Assembly: GCA_963674695.2 (NCBI GenBank)
Contig: CAXXGI010000003.1
Coordinates: forward strand, 928,001-992,000
Length of the DNA: 64,000 nt
Reading direction: 5' to 3'
DNA from: a bacterium
GTDB lineage: Bacteria; UBA10199; 2-02-FULL-44-16; JAAZCA01
In this document: one piece after another, positions 1 through 8,877 of the stretch
How the letters are laid out: each line of letters begins with the position of its first letter
Numbering within the stretch: the stretch's first letter is position 1
Notes under the pieces: model-generated
Told to the model about the DNA's origin: nothing
What the model saw: only the letters and a program-made list of their open reading frames with translations
Database searches by the model: none
Program-made: the position numbers and the translations under genes

Positions 1-211
1 CCCATATATGATTGCCCGCGGTGAGCACGTGGACGGGACTTTCCAGGATTTCTTCCGCCACCTTCGGCGTCACTCCCCGCCCGCCGGCCGCATTCTCCGC
101 GTTGGCGACGACAAAGTCCACGCGGTGCTTGCGAACGAGCACAGGCAAGGCCTCCCGGAAGGCGCGCCTTCCAGGACGACCAAAGATATCACCGATAGCA
201 AGGAGTTTCAT
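1..211 (-). CDS. ymdB: YmdB-family metallophosphoesterase (5' part; runs off window)
   Basis: Manual translation from ATG at 211: MKLLAIGDIFGRPGRRA...VVANAENAAGGRG...VLTAGNHIW, with the YmdB GD/ENAAGG/GNH motifs; lies downstream of rny as is typical. Confidence 0.9.
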   Translation of the reverse strand, partial: MKLLAIGDIFGRPGRRAFREALPVLVRKHRVDFVVANAENAAGGRGVTPKVAEEILESPVHVLTAGNHIW

Positions 212-220
212 GCAGCCCTG

Positions 221-308
221 CGAGTCAAGCCAGTCAGGCCAGTCAGGCCAGTCAGGCAAACCACGTGTTCAACCTGTCTCGCTTGACTGGCATTTCTCGC
301 CTGACTCG
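221..308. repeat. 9-bp tandem repeat (CCAGTCAGG x4) with degenerate inverted arm
   Basis: cgagtcaag, ccagtcagg x3 at 221-256; cctgtctcg/cttgactgg/catttctcg/cctgactcg at 273-308. Confidence 0.85.
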
Positions 309-312
309 CGCT

Positions 313-1881
313 TTATTTGGCATATTCCGTTGCCCGTGTTTCTCGAATGACCGTCACCTTGATCTGGCCGGGATAGGTCATCTCTGCCTCGATCTTCTTG
401 GCGATGTCCTTGGACAGCACCGTCGCATCGGCATCGTTGACCTCGTTGTTGGCGACCATGACCCGGATCTCGCGTCCAGCCTGGATCGCATAGGCCTTAT
501 CCACCCCCTTGAATGACGTGGAAATCCGCTCGAGATCCTCGAGTCGCTTGACGTAGGCCTCGAGCACCTCGCGCCGGGCACCGGGACGCGCGCCGGAGAG
601 CGCATCCGCCGCATCAACGACCATATCGAGGGGACTCGTCTGCGCCAGATCCTCGTGGTGAGCGCCAACGGCGTGCACCACATCCGGATCCTCGCGATAC
701 TTCTTGCAGTACTCCATGCCGATCAGGGCGTGGCTTCCCTCCACCTCGTGACTGACCGCCTTACCGATGTCGTGCAACAGCCCTGCACGCCGCGCCTTGG
801 CCTCATCCACCCCCAGCTCAGAGGCCATCATCCCCGCGAGATAGGCGACCTCCTTGGTGTGCTGCAGGACGTTCTGCGCGAAGCTGTAGCGATATTTGAG
901 CGCGCCCAGGAGCTTGATCAGCTCGGGATGCACGTTGGCCACATTCAGTTCGAGGCAGAGCTGTTCCCCCGCCTCCTTGATGGAACCCTCGACCTCTTTG
1001 GTCACCTTGGCGACCATCTCTTCGATGCGCGTCGGGTGAATGCGCCCATCAGCGATGAGCTGTTCGAGCGTAAGACGCGCCACTTCGCGTCGAACCGGGT
1101 TAAACCCCGAGAGGATCACTGCTTCAGGCGTATCGTCGATGACAAAGTCAATGCCGGTTGCGGCCTCGAGCGCACGGATATTGCGTCCCTCGCGCCCAAT
1201 GATGCGACCCTTCATCTCATCGCCGGGGAGCGCCACCACGGAGATCGCGCGCTCGGCGGTATACTCGGAGGCAAGCCGCTCCATCGCGGTGGAGATGATC
1301 ATCTTCGACTTCTTCCCCGCCTCCTCTTTGGCCCGCTCCTCGATTTCGAGGACAGAGCGTGCGGCATCCTGTTTCGCCTCATCGATGACCTGTTCGCGCA
1401 GCTGCCGCTTGGCCTCCTCTGAGGAGATGCCCGCGACCTGCTCGAGCTGGTGGCGCACGTCGCTCACCAACTCCATGTAGCGCTTCTCCAGCCCCTCGAC
1501 ATGCTGTTTCCGATCCTGAATCGACTGCTCGGTGCGATGGAGTTCATCCTCCTTCGCTTCGACCAGATTGAACTTTTTTTCCAGGTTATCTTCCTTGACC
1601 TGCAAGCGTTTCTCCATGCTCTGCAGCTCACGCGTCTTCTCCTGGGATTCTTTTTCAAAATCGGTCTTGGCCTTCAGCTTGATATCCTTCGCCTCGAGCT
1701 CAGCATCCTTGCGGATGCCGCGACCGTCTTGCTCGGCCTCGCGAATGATCGCGACGGCGCGCTCCTCCGCCTCATGGATCTTCTTTCCGCTGATCTGCTT
1801 GCGAACGACGATTCCAACAGCGAGGCCTGTCAACAGCCCCGAAACGACGAAGAGAATGGCATGCCAGAGTTCGAATTGCAC
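313..1881 (-). CDS. rny: Ribonuclease Y
   Basis: N-terminal TM helix, coiled coil, KH motif ([14 protein letters not shown]), HD motif (LLHDIGKA), C-terminal [12 protein letters not shown]. Confidence 0.97.
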   Translation of the reverse strand: MQFELWHAILFVVSGLLTGLAVGIVVRKQISGKKIHEAEERAVAIIREAEQDGRGIRKDAELEAKDIKLKAKTDFEKESQEKTRELQSMEKRLQVKEDNLEKKFNLVEAKEDELHRTEQSIQDRKQHVEGLEKRYMELVSDVRHQLEQVAGISSEEAKRQLREQVIDEAKQDAARSVLEIEERAKEEAGKKSKMIISTAMERLASEYTAERAISVVALPGDEMKGRIIGREGRNIRALEAATGIDFVIDDTPEAVILSGFNPVRREVARLTLEQLIADGRIHPTRIEEMVAKVTKEVEGSIKEAGEQLCLELNVANVHPELIKLLGALKYRYSFAQNVLQHTKEVAYLAGMMASELGVDEAKARRAGLLHDIGKAVSHEVEGSHALIGMEYCKKYREDPDVVHAVGAHHEDLAQTSPLDMVVDAADALSGARPGARREVLEAYVKRLEDLERISTSFKGVDKAYAIQAGREIRVMVANNEVNDADATVLSKDIAKKIEAEMTYPGQIKVTVIRETRATEYAK

Positions 1882-1992
1882 CGGAACCTCCTATGAAAAA
1901 GCGATCATACCGCCCGTCTCACCTGCACGCCGCATCCACCGCCGTGCGAATGCTTTCAGGACAGACTTCGACCGCTGTGTTGGCCTCACCCA

Positions 1993-2565
1993 TCAGGAAC
2001 ACCGGATCATACGCGTATCCGTGATGATCCAATCGACCCGTTTCCCGCGCACCCCCATCGGCAGCTGCCCAACGATCTGAAACTCATAGGCGAGCGCCAC
2101 ACGCGTGCCGCGAAAATTCTCCAGACAGGCATCATAAAATCCCCTGCCCCAACCCATGCGACATCCTTGGAGATCAAACGCCACCCCGGGAACGATGAGA
2201 ACATCCAGGTCATCCATATCGCGCAGACGACTCTGCCGACCGGATGGCTCACTCGAGCCGTCCTCACACCGCTCCAGGTCATCGAGCGTAATCACGCGAT
2301 AGTAGTCCAGAGCTTCACCCTCGGAGACCGCCTTCGGATAGTAGATCTCCTTGCGATAGCGATCCCCTTCCGTGAAGAGAAGATCCGTACGCACCTCGTT
2401 GCGATGGGCCAGATAGAGCCCAACACGGCGAGCGGTGCGAAACTCTTCCATCAGAAGGACGCGGCGCTGAATCGACTCGCTGGCGTCGGCAATCTCAATT
2501 TCTTTGAGTTCATCGCGCGTGGAAACCACGCGATTAAAGATGGCCGTCTTCGTTTCCGTCGACAT
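1993..2565 (-). CDS. 5-formyltetrahydrofolate cyclo-ligase
   Basis: DVLIVPGVAFDLQGCRMGWGRGFYD motif; position downstream of 6S RNA. Confidence 0.92.
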   Translation of the reverse strand: MSTETKTAIFNRVVSTRDELKEIEIADASESIQRRVLLMEEFRTARRVGLYLAHRNEVRTDLLFTEGDRYRKEIYYPKAVSEGEALDYYRVITLDDLERCEDGSSEPSGRQSRLRDMDDLDVLIVPGVAFDLQGCRMGWGRGFYDACLENFRGTRVALAYEFQIVGQLPMGVRGKRVDWIITDTRMIRCS

Positions 2566-2990
2566 GGAAAAATCCCTCCCGGATCAGGAGGAAGGAGAGC
2601 GAAGGGATACGACAGATGGAGCATAATAAGGCAAAGCGCAGCGGTGGCCGATCCATTATGCGATACGATGGGCCTGGCCCTTTCAAATGGTAACCGCCTC
2701 CGAAACGAACGGCATTGCGCTCGATGATGGTCTCTATGCTGCAGCCGACAAAAACCGTTGCCGACCCGCCATGAAAGCTCCCGCCGATATCAACCGAAGG
2801 GGCTCCCCCTCAACTCCGTAAACCCGCGTTCATCTTCCTCTTTCGACTAACGGCTATAACTGAACCCCCAGGAGAATTCAATAGGATTCACCAACCCGGG
2901 AAATCAACATAACCAACTGATATCATTAATGATGAACAAGCACCTTCCTTCAAAACTGCCCCTGTGCCCACCGACGAGCAGATAAAAAAA

Positions 2991-3215
2991 TCCCCCCGCG
3001 TTGAGCCGTGTGGCGTATGCATTTCGAACCCTGACAATGTCAGGTGGGTGGTCGTATTGCTGCTTTAGGCTTCCCGCACCCTCGATAAACCGACGACCAT
3101 GAGGACATCCGTTTATCGAAGGCGCGGTCATGCACACCACAGCAGGGAACAACCCCCGAATGCTAGCTGTCGGTTCCAAAATGGCGACCGCCAAACACGC
3201 ACCCCGCAGGGGGAA
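2991..3215 (-). ncRNA. ssrS: 6S RNA
   Basis: Ends pair (TCCCCCTGCG...CGCGGGGGGA); conserved 6S-like elements GAAGCCTAAA and CCCACCTG..GGGTTC; between zapA and 5-FCL; T-run at the 3' end. Confidence 0.85.
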
Positions 3216-3243
3216 ATCCTAAAACAAATTAAAAAAGAACAGG

Positions 3244-3522
3244 TTACATCTGCAAATCAATCAACTCGATGAGATTCTGAACCTTCTTCTTCGCCGTGTC
3301 GAATCGATCATCCCGGTCGCGCAACAACTTGAAGTGCTCATCGGCAATGTTCATCGCCGCCAGGATCACGACGTTGAGCGAGGCCACCGACTGCGTATTC
3401 TGCATGACCTCGTTGATCTTCCTATCCACATGCGCCGCAACCCGCTGAATATAGTCTTCGCTCGAATCGCTCTTGATCATGAACTTCTGGCCCATGATCG
3501 ACACTTCGGTGGTTCGCTTCAC
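3244..3522 (-). CDS. zapA: Cell division protein ZapA
   Basis: EVSIMGQKFMIKS...VAAHVD...ILAAMNIADE; synteny with 6S RNA. Confidence 0.9.
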   Translation of the reverse strand: MKRTTEVSIMGQKFMIKSDSSEDYIQRVAAHVDRKINEVMQNTQSVASLNVVILAAMNIADEHFKLLRDRDDRFDTAKKKVQNLIELIDLQM

Positions 3523-3755
3523 GTGTGGTCCCCTCTCTTGACCCCCCTATCATACGTGTTTTCCGTGGGGTCCGTCAAGTTCATGAAGCCCTTGAAACCT
3601 CTGGCTTCCACTGCCTGATGCGACAACGCTTTTTCAACAAGAAACATGCCAGCACACCATCGAGCCAGTAAATACCGATATCAAAAAAAGAACCTACTAT
3701 CAAGCCTCTAGAGCAAAACCCCTCGAATCGATGCGAGCATACCGCAGGCAACGCA

Positions 3756-5819
3756 TTAGACAAGCAGAAAAAGAATTTCACGGTTCGGCATATCGACCTC
3801 TTCGACTTCGATGCGAACCGACTCCCCCACGCGATAGCGACGCTTGCTCCGACGTCCGACAAGCTCCAGCCCGTTATCCGACAACTGATACTGGTCGTCA
3901 TCGAGCGAGCTGATATGAACGAGCCCCTCCACAAAATAATCGATGAGCTCCACGAAGAAACCGAATTTGGTCACATGCGAGATGATGCCATCGAACTCAT
4001 CGCCGATGTGCCCCTGGATGAATTTCGCGGCGTAGAGCTTGGCCATCTCGCGCTCGGCCTCCACCGCAATCCGTTCACGGCGTGAACAGTGGATGGCCAT
4101 CTCTTCTAATTCTCGTGGTCTCGTGGTCTCGTGGTCTCGTGGTCTCGTATGCTTTCGCCCCTTTTGCGCCAATCGCTGAATCAGGAGACGATGGACGATC
4201 AGATCCGGATAGCGGCGAATGGGCGAGGTGAAGTGGCAATAGCAGGTCGAGGCCAAGCCGTAATGCCCCCCGTTCTCAGCGCTGTAAACCGCCTGCGACA
4301 TCGACCGCAGCAACATGTGGTTGATGAGCCGCTCCTCCGGACGCCCGTGCGCCCGGCGCACCACATCGGCCAGATCCCCCGGCGGCAGATCCGCACGCGG
4401 TCGAAAGCGAATCCCCACGTTGTGCACCAGCGTCGCAAACGCACTGATCTTCTCCTCGGAGGGGCTATCGTGCACGCGATAGAGACATCCCGCGCCCGAC
4501 TTCGTCAGAAATCGAGCGACCGCCTCATTGGCCGCAATCATGAACTCTTCGATCATCATGTGGCCGATGTGTCGTTCGGCGCGAACGATGTCCTCGATCT
4601 CGCCCTGCATATCGATCACGATCTCCGGTTCGGGCAGGTCAAAGTCGATCGAGCCGCGCTTGAGACGAGAGCGACGCAAACGCTCAAAGCAGTCCTGCAT
4701 CAACTCGAAATCGTCGAGACGATCGGCGTACGCCCGGCGCTGGGCCGCATCCTTCTCCACGAGGATGCGTTTCATCGCCGTATAGGTCATACGCGCATGA
4801 CTTCGAATGATGCTGCGATAAAACCGACTGCGCCGGACCTCGCCATCCGGCGCGATGTCGAGTTCAGCGGTGAGGGTGAGGCGATCCTCATCCGGCTTCA
4901 AGCTACAGACGCCGTTGGAGAGCACCTCGGGCAACATGGGCAGGCAATCGCCGGGAAAATAGACCGACGTGGCGCGTGCGTATGCCTCGGCATCGAGCAC
5001 GGTTTGCGGCCGCACGAAGGCGGAGACATCCGCGATGGAGACCCGAAGACGGATATGATCGTTCTGGATCCGCTCGACCGCAACGGCATCGTCGAAATCC
5101 TTGGCCGTCTCGCCGTCGATGGTCACGAAGGGAATGTGCGTGAGATCCTCTCGACCCTTGCGCATGTCGTCCATGTGTTCGGACACCTCACGGGCCTCGT
5201 GCTCCACGCGCTTTGGAAATGCGCGCTCGAGCTGATGGCGCGCGATGACGGCGGCCTTTTCGGTGGCCTCCTCGCCGCGTCGGCCGAGAACGGTGACCAC
5301 CTCGCCGATCATAGGATTGTCTTCCTGCGGATATTCCCGAATGCGCACGATGACGTTGTCGTTGTGGTGCGCCCCGCCCAGGGCATCATCCGGAATGGTG
5401 ATCCGATGCCGCACACGACGATCATCGGCGACGACCTGACAGACGCGCCCGAGGCGCTCGAACCGGCCCATGAGCGTGAGGACGCGTCGTTCGACGATGC
5501 GCAGGATGCGCCCCTCGAACTTCTCGCCCCGGCTCGGGATGATGCTCGCCTCTACGACGTCCGTATGCAGGGCATCGCCGACATAACGCGCGGGAATGAA
5601 GACATCGGCCTGGTCGGGCTGCCCGGATGTAACGAACCCGTATCCGTCCCGATGCAGGCGCAGCTCGCCGATCATCGTCGGCGTCTTCTTCGATTTTGCC
5701 GGCGCGGCTTCCTGCTTCTGCTGTCGGGCCTGTTTTCCCGGACGACGCTTTTGCGGGCTGCGCCCCAGCCCCCGCGCTCCGGAACCCCGGCGTGAACTCT
5801 TTTTCGATTGTTTCGTCAT
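3756..5819 (-). CDS. rnr: Ribonuclease R
   Basis: HRDGYGFV cold-shock domain, TIDGETAKDFDDA, HFTSPIRRYPDL, C-terminal S1 domain. Confidence 0.96.
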   Translation of the reverse strand: MTKQSKKSSRRGSGARGLGRSPQKRRPGKQARQQKQEAAPAKSKKTPTMIGELRLHRDGYGFVTSGQPDQADVFIPARYVGDALHTDVVEASIIPSRGEKFEGRILRIVERRVLTLMGRFERLGRVCQVVADDRRVRHRITIPDDALGGAHHNDNVIVRIREYPQEDNPMIGEVVTVLGRRGEEATEKAAVIARHQLERAFPKRVEHEAREVSEHMDDMRKGREDLTHIPFVTIDGETAKDFDDAVAVERIQNDHIRLRVSIADVSAFVRPQTVLDAEAYARATSVYFPGDCLPMLPEVLSNGVCSLKPDEDRLTLTAELDIAPDGEVRRSRFYRSIIRSHARMTYTAMKRILVEKDAAQRRAYADRLDDFELMQDCFERLRRSRLKRGSIDFDLPEPEIVIDMQGEIEDIVRAERHIGHMMIEEFMIAANEAVARFLTKSGAGCLYRVHDSPSEEKISAFATLVHNVGIRFRPRADLPPGDLADVVRRAHGRPEERLINHMLLRSMSQAVYSAENGGHYGLASTCYCHFTSPIRRYPDLIVHRLLIQRLAQKGRKHTRPRDHETTRPRELEEMAIHCSRRERIAVEAEREMAKLYAAKFIQGHIGDEFDGIISHVTKFGFFVELIDYFVEGLVHISSLDDDQYQLSDNGLELVGRRSKRRYRVGESVRIEVEEVDMPNREILFLLV
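4111..4150. repeat. 8-bp tandem repeat (TCTCGTGG x4+) inside rnr
   Basis: tctcgtgg at 4111, 4119, 4127, 4135 plus tctcgtat; encodes HTRPRDHETTRPRE. Confidence 0.9.
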
Positions 5820-5882
5820 AGGCGTGCAAGGATACGCGATTAAGCGAGCCGGGGCAATCGAGGAATGGATGGGGAGACGAGC

Positions 5883-7259
5883 CTACATCATCCCCAGCTC
5901 TTTCATCTTGGCATAGAGCGTGGTGCGTCCGATCTCGAGACGCTTGGCCGCCTTGGACTTATCGCCCGAGACGACGTGCAGCGTCTGCTCGATGACGTGC
6001 CGTTCGGCGCGCGCCACATACGCTTTGAGGGTGGCAACCGTGGCATGTTGTTGCGGCAACGGGACGTGATCGCCGTCGCATGCGGGCGAACCACAGCCGT
6101 TGAGCGCCCAGGAGGGAAAGATCGATTCCTCGATCACCTCTCCCGGCGCCAGGATCGTGAGCGACTGCACCACATTGGCGAGTTCACGGACGTTCCCCGG
6201 CCAGTGGTAGGCCATGAGCCGTCCCATCGCCCCGGCCGACATGCGTTTGACCACATCATGCACCACGAACTGCGAGAGAAAGTGATCGACGAGCGCGGGA
6301 ATATCCTCGATGCGCTCGCGCAGCGGCGGCATCGCCAGCTGGATGACGCGCAGGCGGTGATAGAGATCCATGCGAAATTCACCGCGGCTGACCCGCTCTT
6401 CGAGCAGATCGTTGGTCGCCGAGATGACGCGAAAGTCGGCCCGGATCGTCTCGTTTCCACCGACGCGGCAGAACTCGCCCTCCTGCAACACGCGCAGGAT
6501 CTTGGCCTGCAGATCGAGTTTGAGCGCACCGATCTCGTCGAGAAAGATGTCGCCGCCATCGGCGAGCTCGAAGCGACCGATGCGCCTCTTCACCGATCCG
6601 GTATAGGCGCCCGGCTCCGAACCGAAGAGCTCCGCTTCGAGCAAGTTCTCTGGAATGGCCGCGCAGTTGACCGCGATGAAGGGACGCGCCGAATCCCCCT
6701 CACGCCGATGGATATAGCGGGCGAGCAGATCCTTTCCCGTTCCGGTCTCGCCGACGATGAGGACATTGGCCTGATGGCCTTTGAGCTGATCGGCCTGGGC
6801 CAGCACCTGATGAATCACATCGCCCGTATAGATGATATGCTTGCGGTGATCGTCGCAATTCTGCGTCTCCACGAGCGCGGCATAGCGTTCACGCACGCGG
6901 CGCGTCTGTTCCTGACGCGTGATGATCGCCTCGAGTTCGTCCCGATCGATCGGCTTGGTCAGGTAGTCGACCGCACCGGCGCGCAGGGCCCCGACCACCG
7001 TCTTCGGATCGCGCCGACCGGAGAGCATCGCGATATTGGCCGAGGGGTGGGCATGACAGATGCGCCGGATTCCCTCGATGCCATCCTCGTCGCCCAGCCC
7101 CACGTCGAGCAGGACGAGATCGACCGCGTCCCGACGGAGGGCGATGATCCCTTCCTCGATGCTGCCCGCAGTGGAGACCGCATAGGTCTCGCGCAGCTGC
7201 ATGCGCACGCTGATCAGGAAATCGGTATCGTCGTCAATGCACAGTATTTTCAGTTTCAT
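5883..7259 (-). CDS. Sigma54-dependent response regulator (NtrC/AtoC family: REC-AAA+-HTH)
   Basis: ILCIDDD receiver, GETGTGKD Walker A, GAYTGS, FLDEI, WPGNVREL, Fis-type HTH; AGGAGGG RBS before ATG 7259. Confidence 0.93.
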   Translation of the reverse strand: MKLKILCIDDDTDFLISVRMQLRETYAVSTAGSIEEGIIALRRDAVDLVLLDVGLGDEDGIEGIRRICHAHPSANIAMLSGRRDPKTVVGALRAGAVDYLTKPIDRDELEAIITRQEQTRRVRERYAALVETQNCDDHRKHIIYTGDVIHQVLAQADQLKGHQANVLIVGETGTGKDLLARYIHRREGDSARPFIAVNCAAIPENLLEAELFGSEPGAYTGSVKRRIGRFELADGGDIFLDEIGALKLDLQAKILRVLQEGEFCRVGGNETIRADFRVISATNDLLEERVSRGEFRMDLYHRLRVIQLAMPPLRERIEDIPALVDHFLSQFVVHDVVKRMSAGAMGRLMAYHWPGNVRELANVVQSLTILAPGEVIEESIFPSWALNGCGSPACDGDHVPLPQQHATVATLKAYVARAERHVIEQTLHVVSGDKSKAAKRLEIGRTTLYAKMKELGMM

Positions 7260-7299
7260 GCCATCCCTCCTGAATCGACTCATTTGGTCCTCCGAATAA

Positions 7300-7314
7300 G
7301 CAATATTTGTGCCA
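7300..7314 (-). promoter_or_regulatory. Sigma54 -24/-12 promoter
   Basis: Minus strand TGGCAC-AAATA-TTGC, a perfect consensus, about 40 bp upstream of the regulator start. Confidence 0.8.
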
Positions 7315-7611
7315 TGCCCCGCGATAGAAATGAACACCTTGAAATAAAAGCGTATTTACTCAAGTGCCTAGTGCGCTGTGCCCTTCAATTCAAGGAAATT
7401 CCTAAAATCCGAACACATTGTGCGTTCGAAATCCGGGATTCCGTACTCATTCCGGGACATTCGGAATCTGAAAAAATATGAAGGGAGCAGTCAGAGATTC
7501 CCCTTCCAACCGAGAATTCGTTGACATATTTTACATTGCAATGCTAGGGATGAATTTGCTTTTTCAGATTGTCTGGTATAGAGAAGGACTAACTACTGGG
7601 AGGCCACCGCT

Positions 7612-8733
7612 ATGAAGAAAACGAAGACCGCAAAGCGCGCCAAATCAGCATCACGGAAACAGACCACCAGCAAACCGAAGAAGAAAGCAGCAAAGAAGAA
7701 GGTGGTCAGGAGAAAAACGGTAAAAAAGAAGGTCTCCCGAAAGAAGGTTCAGAAGAAGGTGAAGAAAAAACGCACGACGGTAGCCAAGAAGAAGACGGTC
7801 AAAAAGAAAAAGGTGGTGAAGAAAAAAGTCGTGAACAAGAAGAAGAAGAAGGTCGTGAAGAAAAAGAAGAAGGCCGTCCTCAAGAAGAAGCCAGCCGCAC
7901 GCGCGAAATCATCTTCGAAGAAAAAAATATCCCCTGCAAAAAAGAAGAAATCGCGAAAAACAACCGCTTCCTCCAACATCGTCACCGCCAGCCTCGGCTT
8001 CGAAGAGATTTTCGCCGGCATCCCCGAAGATGGCCATGGGCGGGTTTCGACGATCGAGACCAAGACCGATCCGTTCGTCACCTCGGCGTTGCGCATGAAT
8101 CGTTCGACAAAGACCGCCACTCCGAAGAAAGATCCCAACAACGCGACGCTGCTCGCCATCGCCCCGCACTTCGTCTTCGCCTACTGGGAGGTCAGCGCCG
8201 AAGCCATGATCGAAGCCGCCGACCGCGTCGGGTCCGATGCCCAACTGGTGCTCCGGCTCTACGACGTCACCCACCCCACCGACCTTGAGACCTGCCCACG
8301 CTGGGATGTGGAGATCTTTGACCGGATGGGCAATTGGTATCTCAAGGTGAGCGACCCCAACCAGCGCTTCATGCTCGACATCGGCATGAGCAATGCAGTG
8401 GGCGGCTTTGAAAAGCTGACCCAGGCCGAGGTCATGCGCATGCCGGCCGAGATGATCTCACAATCCGGACCGCTGAAGTGGCTTACCACCAAGCAGGTAC
8501 AACAGCCCGCAAAGCGCGGAACGTTCGGCCAAACGGTGATCCTGGAAGAGGAATATACCGACGCCAGCCCGGACCGGCTGAAGAAAATCCTGGGCCCCTA
8601 CTTCTATGACCTGCTCATGCGCGGTCGCATGGAATCCATCGCGGGCACGAGCACGGAAGCGATTTTTCAGGATATCAGCACGCTTTCCGGCAATGAGACG
8701 ACCTCGCCGGACAACACCTGGTCCTCAACCTGA
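7612..8733 (+). CDS. DUF4912-domain protein with histone-H1-like Lys-rich N-terminus
   Basis: About 120 aa K/V/A-rich repeats, then LLAIAPHFVFAYWEVS..LVLRLYDVT..GNWYL typical of DUF4912. Confidence 0.75.
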   Translation: MKKTKTAKRAKSASRKQTTSKPKKKAAKKKVVRRKTVKKKVSRKKVQKKVKKKRTTVAKKKTVKKKKVVKKKVVNKKKKKVVKKKKKAVLKKKPAARAKSSSKKKISPAKKKKSRKTTASSNIVTASLGFEEIFAGIPEDGHGRVSTIETKTDPFVTSALRMNRSTKTATPKKDPNNATLLAIAPHFVFAYWEVSAEAMIEAADRVGSDAQLVLRLYDVTHPTDLETCPRWDVEIFDRMGNWYLKVSDPNQRFMLDIGMSNAVGGFEKLTQAEVMRMPAEMISQSGPLKWLTTKQVQQPAKRGTFGQTVILEEEYTDASPDRLKKILGPYFYDLLMRGRMESIAGTSTEAIFQDISTLSGNETTSPDNTWSST

Positions 8734-8754
8734 TCCGCGCACACCCGTCATTCG

Positions 8755-8782
8755 AAACGGGCCCCGTTCGGGCCCGTTTTTT
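8755..8782 (+). terminator. Rho-independent terminator
   Basis: aaacgggccc-cgttc-gggcccgttt followed by T-run. Confidence 0.8.
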
Positions 8783-8877
8783 ATTCACGCCTGCCCCACG
8801 GCGGAACCACCGAAAGCATTTACAATAATTGAGCTTTTTCTTTTCCGATCGTCCGGAATGCGCTATATTTAACGTCT

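Noticed and set aside
2904-3194. 96-aa ORF between zapA and 5-FCL
   Set aside because: Overlaps the 6S RNA and has no protein motifs
3636-3651. Sigma54-like motif upstream of zapA (TGGCATGTTTCTTGTT)
   Set aside because: The -12 element is GT rather than GC; not counted
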